Of a stretch of DNA of 61,201 nt, positions 31,136 through 40,249 are shown piece after piece. The stretch lies in the NCBI GenBank assembly GCA_037443165.1, contig JBBIOW010000001.1, positions 2,779-63,979 of the forward strand, written 5' to 3'. Below the pieces are notes generated by a model. It did not search any database. It was given only the letters and a program-made list of their open reading frames with translations, and was not told the origin of the DNA. Made by a program: the position numbers and the translations under genes. Within the stretch, counting starts at the first letter, position 1; the number at the start of each line of letters is the position of its first letter. Source of the DNA: Nitrospiraceae bacterium (GTDB taxonomy: Bacteria > Nitrospirota > Nitrospiria > Nitrospirales > Nitrospiraceae).

Positions 31136-32710
31136 ATGATGGTCGCTGATTGCATCGGACTGGACTTGGGACGGACCGCGATCAAGGCGGTGCGATTCCG
31201 CCGGACGCTCAGCGGCCGAGAGTCGGTGGAATATTTCCATCAGCCGATGCCATATGCCAATGAGCAAGGGCTTGAGCCCGCACGCAAGGCCGCTCTTCTC
31301 CGGAAATTCCTCTGGCAGAACGGCCTCTACCACGGAGACCTGGTCACCGCTCTCCCTTGCCGCGACCTCTTCATCCGCACCCTGTCATTCCCCTTCCGGG
31401 ACACCGGCAAACTGGCCCAGGTCGTGCCCTTCGAAGTCGAAAGCCTGATTCCCCTCCCCTTGGAGGACGTGGCGGTCGGGAGCGTGGTGCTGCCGCCGGG
31501 AGCGACCAGGACCGCGCGATCAGCCAGCGTGGCCTCCGAGGTGCTGGTCACGGCGGCGCCCAAGAGCGCGGTGGCGGATCACATCAGATTTCTGGCAGAG
31601 GCCGATCTCGATCCCACCGCCATCAACGTGGACGGCTTGGCCCTGTTCTCCGTGACGGAATTCCTCAAGCAGGAAGGCGCCGAGGTCCCTGGAGATCTGG
31701 TCGTCATCGATCTCGGCGCGTCCAAATCCACACTCTGCCTGATTCACCAAGGCCGGCCTTTGCTCCTCCGCACGATTCCCTGGGGCGGAGACCGGTTGAC
31801 CGAAGCCCTGGCCACCCGGTACGCCTGCTCGTTCGCCGAAGCGGAGCGGCGGAAGCGGGGGATGGCCGCGCCACAGGTGGAACCCTGGCTGGACCCGTTG
31901 TTGAAAGACGTCCGGATGACCCTCCATGCGTTCGAGTCGACGACACGGACGCGGATCAGGCATTGCTGGGTCTCAGGCGGAGGGTCGAAGCTCCGAGAGA
32001 TGAACGGATACCTGGCCCGCCAACTCGAACTGGTCCCCGTCGGTCCCAGACAGGGGTTCGGCGCAGACTGCCCGCGCGCGTTCTCCGTGGCTTTTGGGCT
32101 GGCGATTCATCCGAAGATCGTGCGGCCTCGGTGGAAGATCCGTGCCCCGCGGTCGGCGGTCGCGCTCGACCTGAAGCAGATCGCGGAGTCGGCGGAGACC
32201 AAACCCGCCGTCGCCCGCCGGGATCTCTGGCTCGCAGTGGCAGGAGCCCTTGTGGTCCTCCTGCTGGCGCTCGCCGATCTCTCCGTGCGGGTCTCGCTCA
32301 AAGACGCCCGCATGAAGGAATTGAAGGCTGCGCTGCAGGCGCAGTTTCAGCGGAATTTCGGCGGGGGAGCCGCACCTGGTGAAGAACTGGACCAGGCCCG
32401 CTTTCGACTGGACGGGGTCAAGAAGGCCTTGAGCGTGATCGATGGATCACAGGCGCGGGCGCTGCCGGTGTTCGTCCAAGTCGTCAAACACGTGCCCCGC
32501 GGTCTGCCCTTTGCCGTGCGGGAGCTAACCATCGAAAACGGGGCCGTCCATCTGGAGGCCGAGACGGATTCCTTCGAGGCGGTCGAGAAGATCAAGCAGG
32601 CGTTCGCGGCATCAACGGCGTTCCAGGAAGTCGCCGTGAGCGACACGCGGGTCGGTACCTCGTCCAAGCAAGTCGTGTTCCGATTGGCATGCAAGGTGCC
32701 GATGCCATGA
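31136..32710 (+). CDS. gspL: GspL-like assembly protein with an actin-like (PilM-type) cytoplasmic domain
   Basis: N-terminal IGLDLGRTAIKAVRF...VIDLGASKSTL...WVSGGGSKL (ASKHA-fold motifs), a central TM LWLAVAGALVVLLLALA, and a C-terminal periplasmic domain. Confidence 0.7.
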   Translation: MMVADCIGLDLGRTAIKAVRFRRTLSGRESVEYFHQPMPYANEQGLEPARKAALLRKFLWQNGLYHGDLVTALPCRDLFIRTLSFPFRDTGKLAQVVPFEVESLIPLPLEDVAVGSVVLPPGATRTARSASVASEVLVTAAPKSAVADHIRFLAEADLDPTAINVDGLALFSVTEFLKQEGAEVPGDLVVIDLGASKSTLCLIHQGRPLLLRTIPWGGDRLTEALATRYACSFAEAERRKRGMAAPQVEPWLDPLLKDVRMTLHAFESTTRTRIRHCWVSGGGSKLREMNGYLARQLELVPVGPRQGFGADCPRAFSVAFGLAIHPKIVRPRWKIRAPRSAVALDLKQIAESAETKPAVARRDLWLAVAGALVVLLLALADLSVRVSLKDARMKELKAALQAQFQRNFGGGAAPGEELDQARFRLDGVKKALSVIDGSQARALPVFVQVVKHVPRGLPFAVRELTIENGAVHLEAETDSFEAVEKIKQAFAASTAFQEVAVSDTRVGTSSKQVVFRLACKVPMP

Positions 32711-33258
32711 CACACGCGCTCGCTCAACGCTGGAAGGCGCTTTCCCCCCGCGAACGGGTCGTGGTCGGCATCGGCGCGGCCGCGATCGGCGCCGCGCTCG
32801 TGTTCGTCGCCGTCGTCGATCCCTTGCTCGAGCGGCAGGACCGGCTCGACCGACAGCTCGTTCGCACGCAGCGGGAGATTCGCGAGATCGCGGCGCTCGG
32901 CGCCGAGTACGCCGTGCTGCGGGCGCGCCTCTCGATGCTCGAAAACCGGCTGCCGCCCCCCGAGGCGCAGTTTTCCCTCGTCGCCTTCGTGGAGGAGGCG
33001 GCGTCTCGCGCCCGCGTGCGCGAGCGCATCGTCGGCATGCAGCCGCAACCTCCGGCAGTGATGCAGCAATATCAGGAGACTTCGGTGGATCTGAAGTTGG
33101 ACGGGATTCCTCTCTCTGACCTGTTGGCGTTGCTGGTCGAGTTCGAGCAAGCCCCGTATGACATCCAAGTCCGGCACCTGCAGATCAAACCGAAATACGA
33201 TGCACCGTATCTGTTGGAAGCCAACCTGCGCGTGGTCGCCCATGACAGGCCGCGATGA
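32707..33258 (+). CDS. gspM: GspM-like protein
   Basis: ATGA overlap with gspL. N-terminal TM VVVGIGAAAIGAALVFVAVV, then a coiled coil and a small alpha/beta domain. Confidence 0.7.
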   Translation: MTHALAQRWKALSPRERVVVGIGAAAIGAALVFVAVVDPLLERQDRLDRQLVRTQREIREIAALGAEYAVLRARLSMLENRLPPPEAQFSLVAFVEEAASRARVRERIVGMQPQPPAVMQQYQETSVDLKLDGIPLSDLLALLVEFEQAPYDIQVRHLQIKPKYDAPYLLEANLRVVAHDRPR

Positions 33259-34192
33259 ACGGGGCGTCGCCTTGATCCTGGCGCTGCTCATCCTGACCCT
33301 GTTGGCCGCTCTTATCTTGGAGTTCGACGCCGAGGCTCGCCGGGAATATCGCGATGCGGCAGCCTTCCGAGACAACATCAAGGTCAACGCGCTGACCCGA
33401 GCCGGCGTCCAGGCCGCGCGGGCAGTGCTGTTGCAGGACCACAAGATCGAGAAGCTGTCGAACCGGCGGTTCGACGCCTTGACGGACGTTTGGGCGCTCC
33501 CGATCGTCGGCTACCAACTGGGCGACGGCGTGCTGTCCGCGCGGATCGAGGACGAAGCGGGCAAGCTCAACCTAAACGAGCTGGCGAACGTCCAGGATCC
33601 CAACCAGCGCGCCAACAAGATCAAGCGGCTCAAACGATTGTTCGAATTGCTCCAGATCCGGCCCGACTTGGCCGAGGCGATTGCGGACTGGGTGGATGCC
33701 GACGATGCACCGGAACCCAACGGCGCCGAGAGCGCCTACTATCAAACGCTCCGGCCGCCCTACCTGGCCGCCAACGCTCCCTTACAGACCCTGTCCGAAC
33801 TCTATTTGATCAAAGGGATGACGCAGGAGATCGTGCAACGGCTGGAGCCCTATGTCACCGTCCACCCCTGGAACGCCGCCGACGGACGTACGAACTTGAA
33901 CACTGCCTCTCCGATCGTCATTCAGACTCTTGACCCCCGAATCACTCCGGCGATGGCCATGGAAATCATGCAGGGACGCCCTTATCGCTCCCCCCAGGAC
34001 TTGGATCAGATCGCCAACTTCGAGCCGATCGCGAAGGAACTCCGGCTCCTCCAGGCCTACGATGTGAAAACCAATCTTTTCTCCGCCCGGATCGGCATCA
34101 CGGTCAACGAGGTGAACAAGACCGTATACGTCGTGTTACGACGGGACGAAGCGACCGGAGCCAGTTCCGTCCTGTTTTCCCGTCTCGAATAG
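33242..34192 (+). CDS. gspK: minor pseudopilin GspK
   Basis: RGVALILALLILTLLAAL N-terminus, plus GKLNLN, WVDADD...YY and SELYLIKGMT motifs typical of GspK. Confidence 0.8.
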   Translation: MTGRDERGVALILALLILTLLAALILEFDAEARREYRDAAAFRDNIKVNALTRAGVQAARAVLLQDHKIEKLSNRRFDALTDVWALPIVGYQLGDGVLSARIEDEAGKLNLNELANVQDPNQRANKIKRLKRLFELLQIRPDLAEAIADWVDADDAPEPNGAESAYYQTLRPPYLAANAPLQTLSELYLIKGMTQEIVQRLEPYVTVHPWNAADGRTNLNTASPIVIQTLDPRITPAMAMEIMQGRPYRSPQDLDQIANFEPIAKELRLLQAYDVKTNLFSARIGITVNEVNKTVYVVLRRDEATGASSVLFSRLE

Positions 34193-34421
34193 CCGAGGCA
34201 AGTGTGTGAGGATGTGTCTTACCCTGTTTGCGCTCTCGCACTCCTGTCGCATTTCACCGAGTATGGGTAATCCCGCTTGCCTCTGAATTAACCTCGCTGT
34301 AACACCCCCGTTACTTCCGCGATACCTTCGGCTTCTACCTTCTTTCCTGTGCACCGAACCGCGAATCGTCGGCTCAGCCGCGTGTACTGCATACCATCAT
34401 GACACAACAGGAGGAGGTGGA

Positions 34422-35918
34422 ATGGTCTTCCGGACGAGGTCACTGAAATCGTGCGCATCGATCATGCTCGTGACGATTCTTTGGTTTTCACCCCAGACTG
34501 GATGGGCCCAACCCACTGAGCCCAGCAAAGGCACTCCCAAGGGTGACAGCCCGCGAACGCCACCCCGAGCAATTGGCCCGGTTCCGGTAGCGGATCGGCC
34601 TTCGCAAGTCGGCACCTATCTTAAAGAGACGGAGCCGACGCCGCTCGAAGATATCCTGCTGGAAAAAGGCATCATCACCATGGACGATTGGATACGGATC
34701 AAAGCTCAGGAAGAGAAAAGAGCCGAGGAGGTCAGCGCGGAGATCGGCATGATCAGCGGGCCACGGTGGTATGAACGGATCAGGATCAACGGATATATCC
34801 AGAATCGGTATGCCTTGCTCGATAACCCGATGATGGATATTCCGTTGGGGGACCGGGTCGCCACGACCGATCCGAACACGTTCTATATCCGGCGGATCCG
34901 CATGGTGTTTCAGGGTCAGATCTCGGAGCGACTGGCCTTTTATTTTCAGCCGGCGTATGAGGGCAACCAACAGGCATTATCCAATCTCGAAATCGTGGAT
35001 GCCTTCGCGGATTTTTTCATCACCAAGGATAAGGAGCATCGGCTCCGCTTCGGGCAGCAACGGGTCCTGAACTCCTTCGATACCCTCCGGTCGAGCAGCA
35101 ACAGGCAGGAACTGGACAGGCATGAGTCCATCCAAAGCGGCGCACCGGGTGAGCGCGACCTTGGGCTGGCCTATTTTTGGAGTCCCAAGATTTCCCAGCA
35201 GCGCTATGCGCAACTGGCGACCTACCACAACGGCCCGGGCGACTACGGCGATTTCGGCATCATCGTATATAACGGCCAGGGACGGAACAGGCCGGAGTTG
35301 AATTCCGACAAGCATGTCGGGATTCGTCTGGCACACCCGTTCGAGTTACCTGACGGCCGGCTCCTGGAGGCCGGCATGTTCGCTTACCGCGGGATCTTTA
35401 GTGTGAGCTTGCCGTCATCGAACGCTGCATCACGCTGTCCGCTGGACTTGCGTCAAGACGGCTCGTCAACGAATTGCCGAGTGCTCGATGAACGCTTGAC
35501 CTGGTATGTCTGGACGCCGCCGCAGCCATGGGGATTGTTGGCAGAGTACACGCTCGGTCGAGGTCCGAAGCGGGACGCACAAGGCTTCATCCGTGAATCC
35601 CATCTTTACGGCGGGTACGTGCAACCCTATTACACGTGGCGGTACTCGGATGTGGGGTTGTTGACCGGCTACTTCCGCTGGGGTGAGTACTATGGTGGCA
35701 TTAAGTCGATTCAAGGAGTGGACGGCCGGTCCAAGACGATCAACGTGGGACTCGTCTGGGAGCCCGATACCCATTGGCGGTTCGTCGCGGAATGGATGTA
35801 TAAAGAAGGGTTGCATTCATCACTCGTCAGACCCGGCGTCGCTTTGACGAGCACACTCCCGCAAGAGGAATTTACCGGGAACCTGTTCAGGATCCAGGCA
35901 CAGTGGTTCTGGAATTGA
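34422..35918 (+). CDS. outer-membrane porin (phosphate-selective porin O/P-like)
   Basis: Signal peptide. INGYIQNRY...FYIRRIRMVFQGQISERLAFYFQP...RLRFGQQRV pattern and an aromatic C-terminus. SD aggaggaggtgg is upstream. Confidence 0.6.
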   Translation: MVFRTRSLKSCASIMLVTILWFSPQTGWAQPTEPSKGTPKGDSPRTPPRAIGPVPVADRPSQVGTYLKETEPTPLEDILLEKGIITMDDWIRIKAQEEKRAEEVSAEIGMISGPRWYERIRINGYIQNRYALLDNPMMDIPLGDRVATTDPNTFYIRRIRMVFQGQISERLAFYFQPAYEGNQQALSNLEIVDAFADFFITKDKEHRLRFGQQRVLNSFDTLRSSSNRQELDRHESIQSGAPGERDLGLAYFWSPKISQQRYAQLATYHNGPGDYGDFGIIVYNGQGRNRPELNSDKHVGIRLAHPFELPDGRLLEAGMFAYRGIFSVSLPSSNAASRCPLDLRQDGSSTNCRVLDERLTWYVWTPPQPWGLLAEYTLGRGPKRDAQGFIRESHLYGGYVQPYYTWRYSDVGLLTGYFRWGEYYGGIKSIQGVDGRSKTINVGLVWEPDTHWRFVAEWMYKEGLHSSLVRPGVALTSTLPQEEFTGNLFRIQAQWFWN

Positions 35919-35969
35919 TGCGCACTGTCCGGACATGCCGCCCCAGGGATACAACGTGATGCGACGAGG

Positions 35970-36665
35970 CTAAGGCTGTTGGGGGTGTGAGGATTGGGGT
36001 GCGCGTTTCTGAGCGAGGGTGAGATCCACCACAAGGACTTTGGCGGGGTCAGGATAGTTCCAGCCCCGTTGCCCATCCGGAAGATGAACTTCCGTTTCCG
36101 GCGGCCAGAACGAGAGCTTGAAGTCGCCGGCTCTCAGAGCCATGAGCGGTGCATCTACCGGATCGATCTCATAAGCCGGGTTGACCTGTCTCATCAAATC
36201 GGAAGGAAGGGCGCGGTGGTTTGCTAAGACGAGGTACAAACGACCGTCGCGGACGAATAATCCGCCTGACGTGACGGCCAGCCCGACGTTCGCATTGGAA
36301 AAGCGTCGGTAGAAGGTCGCCACCTCTTGGGGAGTGGCCAGGGCCAGCGCTCGGCTGAGCTGCGGCGCCATCACCCGAATCTCCTCAGCGCTGAATGCCG
36401 GTCCGACGGGCTTTTCCCCCGTAACCAAACGAAACACTGGATCTTGCAGCCTCTGGACCCGGATGCCCGCCAGAATTCCCGCCATGTGCTCGGGAGAAAT
36501 CGAAGCCGGATGGCTATGACCGACTCCGGCTTGTACATCGACCTGCAGTTGGATGGACGTCAGTTGATCCTGATAGACGGGGCGAGGCGGCGGCAGGCTG
36601 TTGCAGCCGACGCCAATCAAAAGAACCCCTGCGCTGACCGCGGAGACAAGGTCGATCCGAGACAT
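35970..36665 (-). CDS. hypothetical lipoprotein
   Basis: Lipobox LLIGVGC after a hydrophobic leader. No domain recognised. Confidence 0.6.
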   Translation of the reverse strand: MSRIDLVSAVSAGVLLIGVGCNSLPPPRPVYQDQLTSIQLQVDVQAGVGHSHPASISPEHMAGILAGIRVQRLQDPVFRLVTGEKPVGPAFSAEEIRVMAPQLSRALALATPQEVATFYRRFSNANVGLAVTSGGLFVRDGRLYLVLANHRALPSDLMRQVNPAYEIDPVDAPLMALRAGDFKLSFWPPETEVHLPDGQRGWNYPDPAKVLVVDLTLAQKRAPQSSHPQQP

Positions 36666-36785
36666 GGAAACGCCTCTTCCTTTCCGGGTGTTTGAGGAAT
36701 GGCCTGTAGGCTCTTGTTCAGTCAGAATGAGTCCATCATTATAGCGGACGCGCCGGAAAAAAAGAGAGCTCTGCGTGAACCCGCA

Positions 36786-37901
36786 TTACTGGTTGGAGCG
36801 CGGAATCGTGGCGGTGACAGGGCTCCCGATGATCATGGCCAAATTCTTCTCGACTTGGTTGCTGGTCAAAGGGAAAAACCTGGCCCGGAGCACGACGTCC
36901 TGGCCGTCACGACTGTTGATGAACTTCAAAAACTCCTGCGTGACGGGATCGAACTTCGCGTCAGGCGCCTTGTTCACGTAGAGATAGAGAAACCGGCTGA
37001 GCGGATACCGGCCGCTTGCGATCGACTCGACGGTCGGTTCCACGAACGGCTTCCCGTCTTCCTCCGCCAGCGGCACGATTCGGACCATCGAAGAGGGATA
37101 GCCCATCCCGGCATAGCCCATCCCGAGCGGGTCCTTCGCCAGGGCTAGTATGAGTGAGGCCGTCCCTGGCTGCTCTCGCACTTCGGATTTGATCTCGGCG
37201 TCGCGAAGAGCGACGTGCATGAAAAACTCGCGCGTCGCGGACCGCTCATCGCGTCCATAGAGCCGGATCGGCTGGTGCTCCCAGCCGTCTTTCAGTCCGA
37301 GATATCCCCACGTCGTAATTTCTGAGGGATAGCCGCGTCGACGAGCGCTGCTGAAAATGGCATCCACCTGTGCCAGGGTCAGCCCCTGAACCGGATTCTC
37401 TGCATTCACCAGAATGGCCACCGCGTCCATCGCGATCGGAATGGCAAGCGGCTCGTAGCCGTACTTGGACGTGAACCGACGAACTTCCTCGGTGGTGAGC
37501 GCACGCGACGTCGCCAAGAGCGAGGGCTTGGACGCACCCTCATGCCCTCTGTCTCTCGCCTTGTCGCCCCGACCCTGGAGCGAGTAACCGAACACGAATT
37601 CCGTCAGCGCCGCTTTGGATCCGCCTCCCTCCACGCCGATTTTCACGTCGGGGTGCCGACGCATAAAATCGGCCGCCAGCCGGCTCAACAACGGCTGCAT
37701 GGTATCGGACCCGGCGATCGTTAGCCGGCCCGACAGTTCGGTCGCGGGGATGTAAGGCTCGATTGCTGCGGCAACCACCAGTCTCTCCTGACCCCAGGTT
37801 GGCTCACACAGCCAGGCTGTCGCACCCAGAACCGCAGTAACAAGAGCAAGACGGCTGAAGACCTTACATCGGAGAGGGCCCAATAACCGCAACTGTGACA
37901 T
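36786..37901 (-). CDS. PstS-family (PBP-like) phosphate-binding protein
   Basis: LTIAGSDTMQPLLSRLAADFMRRHPDVKIGVEGGGSKAAL and YPLSRFLYLYVNK motifs. Start at MSQLRL is preceded by caggagg; the track ORF extends to 37973. Confidence 0.8.
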   Translation of the reverse strand: MSQLRLLGPLRCKVFSRLALVTAVLGATAWLCEPTWGQERLVVAAAIEPYIPATELSGRLTIAGSDTMQPLLSRLAADFMRRHPDVKIGVEGGGSKAALTEFVFGYSLQGRGDKARDRGHEGASKPSLLATSRALTTEEVRRFTSKYGYEPLAIPIAMDAVAILVNAENPVQGLTLAQVDAIFSSARRRGYPSEITTWGYLGLKDGWEHQPIRLYGRDERSATREFFMHVALRDAEIKSEVREQPGTASLILALAKDPLGMGYAGMGYPSSMVRIVPLAEEDGKPFVEPTVESIASGRYPLSRFLYLYVNKAPDAKFDPVTQEFLKFINSRDGQDVVLRARFFPLTSNQVEKNLAMIIGSPVTATIPRSNQ

Positions 37902-38161
37902 CGCAACCTCCTGGAAGGTGTCGTTGATGGCAGATACCGCTCCCTGTTGGCGGGATCCGAAAAGCATCTTCATGCATAACCTTTTGCCAGGAGCGGGTTT
38001 CCTGCAGATAACAGCAGTGTTACAAACATGTTAACTCTCAGGACCGCTAACGCCCACGGTTCACACAACTTCGCCTCGCATCGACTGGTTGATCGCCTGG
38101 GGGGATTAGGTCTTACCTGGGGAGAATAACGTTGCGTAGCGGAGCAGACTGACCGACGGCG

Positions 38162-38398
38162 TTATTCTTTCTCCACCAACTGCCAGCCCATCTTGCGGAG
38201 GCAGCGCTCGGTGGCTTCGAGCAGCATCAAACGGATGCCCTGCTGGAGCTTGGGATCGCGCAGGGCGTCGCCTTCGCATTTGTTGTAATCCTGGGCGAAG
38301 GCATCCTTTGGTTTGTTGGGATGGACCCACTCCGCCGAGCTGCAGGCGGCGAGCGCCAGAAACAGGATGTAGACCGAGAGCAGGGCGAAGCGGCACAT
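38162..38398 (-). CDS. small lipoprotein
   Basis: MCRFALLSVYILFLALAAC lipobox. SD gaggag is upstream. Confidence 0.55.
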   Translation of the reverse strand: MCRFALLSVYILFLALAACSSAEWVHPNKPKDAFAQDYNKCEGDALRDPKLQQGIRLMLLEATERCLRKMGWQLVEKE

Positions 38399-38642
38399 CG
38401 GGGTCTCCTCGCGTTGTCGGAGACGCGGAGTCACGCGGGGCAGAAGATAAACCGGATGGACAGGCCTGGTCAAGCGGCGGCAGCGGTCATCTGATCGACA
38501 GTCATTCTCGCCCTTTTCTCCTCCTCGATGGTATTGCCATTAGGTCTAAAGCGGTACAAGAAATCCACCTGTCATCCCTTGCAGTCCGACGTGCGACTCT
38601 GCTACCGTGCAACTCCACGCGGCACCGGCAGGGAGGAACCTC

Positions 38643-38891
38643 GTGAGCCCCTTAGAAAGTTTGATCCTCGACGCCAAGCAGGCCATCCTCCACGAGCAGC
38701 ACAAGCGGTTTCAAGCTCTTCAGCGGGAAGGTCGGTGGCAGGAAGCGATGCAGCAATTTCACGTCACGCTGACCTGCGCGTCGGATCTGCTCAATGAGTC
38801 CCTCCGCGTGCTGGAACGCGCCTTGGACAACTACCGCGAGCAGCAACGCCTGTCACCGCCCTCTCCACCTTCCGATCAGATTTCCCCTTGA
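38643..38891 (+). CDS. hypothetical helical protein
   Basis: GTG start preceded by gggagga; 82 aa, predicted helical. Confidence 0.4.
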   Translation: MSPLESLILDAKQAILHEQHKRFQALQREGRWQEAMQQFHVTLTCASDLLNESLRVLERALDNYREQQRLSPPSPPSDQISP

Positions 38892-39128
38892 AGGCTTCCC
38901 AGAGCCGCCGCTTCTGTCGAGCCGATCACCCGCGCATGCTTTTTCGCTCGCGACAAGGAGTAAGACTGTCCGGGCGGCGGCACGAGCAGGATTGTCGAGC
39001 GGCTTAGCCATCTGTGCGTGGCGCACAAGGCCCAAGTAGTTGAACGGTCGGCCGAATTCCCCTACACTATCCCCTACGTTGCGCCGGATCCCGTCGCGGC
39101 GGTCAGCTTTTGACTTGATTCCGTTAGC

Positions 39129-39172
39129 GAGCTGGCGTAGCTCAATCGGCAGAGCAGCGGTTTTGTATACCG
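39129..39172 (+). repeat. partial duplicate of the tRNA-Thr 5' half (att-like direct repeat)
   Basis: 39 nt are identical to 42846-42884 (gagctggcgtagctcaatcggcagagcagcggttttgta), and 4 of the next 5 nt also match. The T arm and the 3' acceptor strand are absent. Confidence 0.85.
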
Positions 39173-39431
39173 TTCCCACGCTTTTGGACCGCTTGGCCGA
39201 ACCCCGCGACATCCGGCTGTTGTCCTTGATTGGTCAAGGAATTCAGACGAATTTCAGCAACCACGCCGTCCGATCCCATCAGACGTAACATGCGCCAAAC
39301 TGACCGCGCGGTGAACATTTGGTGAACAGTGTTGCCAGCGGGCCGTCGACGCCATCTGGCCGTCAAGGCGTCGGTGCAAAGACGGGACGCGATCAAACGG
39401 CAAGCCATCTCCGACGAGCCGTGCAGCAGGG

Positions 39432-39743
39432 TCAAGCCGGAGATTTCAACAATCCCAGCTCCCTCGTTAAATCCTCAGTCGAATAACTGGACTTGAAACC
39501 CCGCTCGACGAGATAGCCCTCCATCTCCCACAGCGTAAGCCCGGCTTCCGCGGCCGCTTTTGACAAAGTTACCTTACCTTGCCGGTAGCGTTCCGCGGCT
39601 TTCTCTTTCACAAAGTCCGCATAGCCTCGCATCACGAGCTTCCTGATGATGGCACTCCGGTCCTCGTGCTCTTCCTTGCTCAACCGTTCGATCTTCGTGA
39701 GAACGTCCTTGGGCAGCCTGATTCCGATCGCATCCTGCCTCAT
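39432..39743 (-). CDS. antitoxin-like protein (RHH N-terminus plus UPF0175-like C-terminus)
   Basis: IRLPKDVLTKIERLSKEEHEDRSAIIRKLV (ribbon-helix-helix pattern), then GKVTLSKAAAEAGLTLWEMEGYLVERG (UPF0175-like). ATGA overlap with the upstream PIN gene. Confidence 0.7.
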   Translation of the reverse strand: MRQDAIGIRLPKDVLTKIERLSKEEHEDRSAIIRKLVMRGYADFVKEKAAERYRQGKVTLSKAAAEAGLTLWEMEGYLVERGFKSSYSTEDLTRELGLLKSPA

Positions 39744-40234
39744 GGTACCTCCATTAACATCGAGTCAATCACGGCACCGCTGAACCACCCGATTTTCCGC
39801 AGACCCCGAGCACTCTCCACAAACTTGTCCCTGCCAATAACCTTGGCTTTGTATAGCTTCAGCATAATGGCCGGCGTGCCGATCACCTTGAGGCTTAACA
39901 GCACCGCTTTCTTCCTAACGTTGTCGTCATCAGTGGCCAAGTAATCCGCGCCTTCCTGCCAGTACAGTGCAAGGGCTTCGGCTTCGCCGCCCTGCACGTT
40001 GAATTCCTCTGCTCTTCTCAAGAGAGACCTGTCATGAACACGCTTGACCTTCAGCTTGCCGACCTTGATGAGGTCCTCAGCCAGTACGGCGTCTTCATAT
40101 CCCTTCTTCCTGCCGGCAAGGATCTCGTCACGCACTTCTTCCGGTATGACAACCGGCTTAAAATACTCGCAGCTTTTTGCCAAAAGCGTGAGCTTGGCCA
40201 GATGAATGACCACCATGGTGTCCTTGACGATCAT
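39740..40234 (-). CDS. PIN-domain (DUF3368-like) toxin candidate
   Basis: Acidic residues spaced as in PIN domains: MIVKDT..., GGEAEALAL, YLATDDDNVRK. Confidence 0.7.
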   Translation of the reverse strand: MIVKDTMVVIHLAKLTLLAKSCEYFKPVVIPEEVRDEILAGRKKGYEDAVLAEDLIKVGKLKVKRVHDRSLLRRAEEFNVQGGEAEALALYWQEGADYLATDDDNVRKKAVLLSLKVIGTPAIMLKLYKAKVIGRDKFVESARGLRKIGWFSGAVIDSMLMEVP

Positions 40235-40249
40235 CGTGCTTGCCTATTG

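Noticed and set aside
39131-39210. Second functional tRNA gene
   Set aside because: Only the acceptor 5' strand, the D arm and the anticodon arm are present. There is no TPsiC arm (GGTTCGA-type) and no complementary 3' acceptor strand, so it is a partial duplicate.
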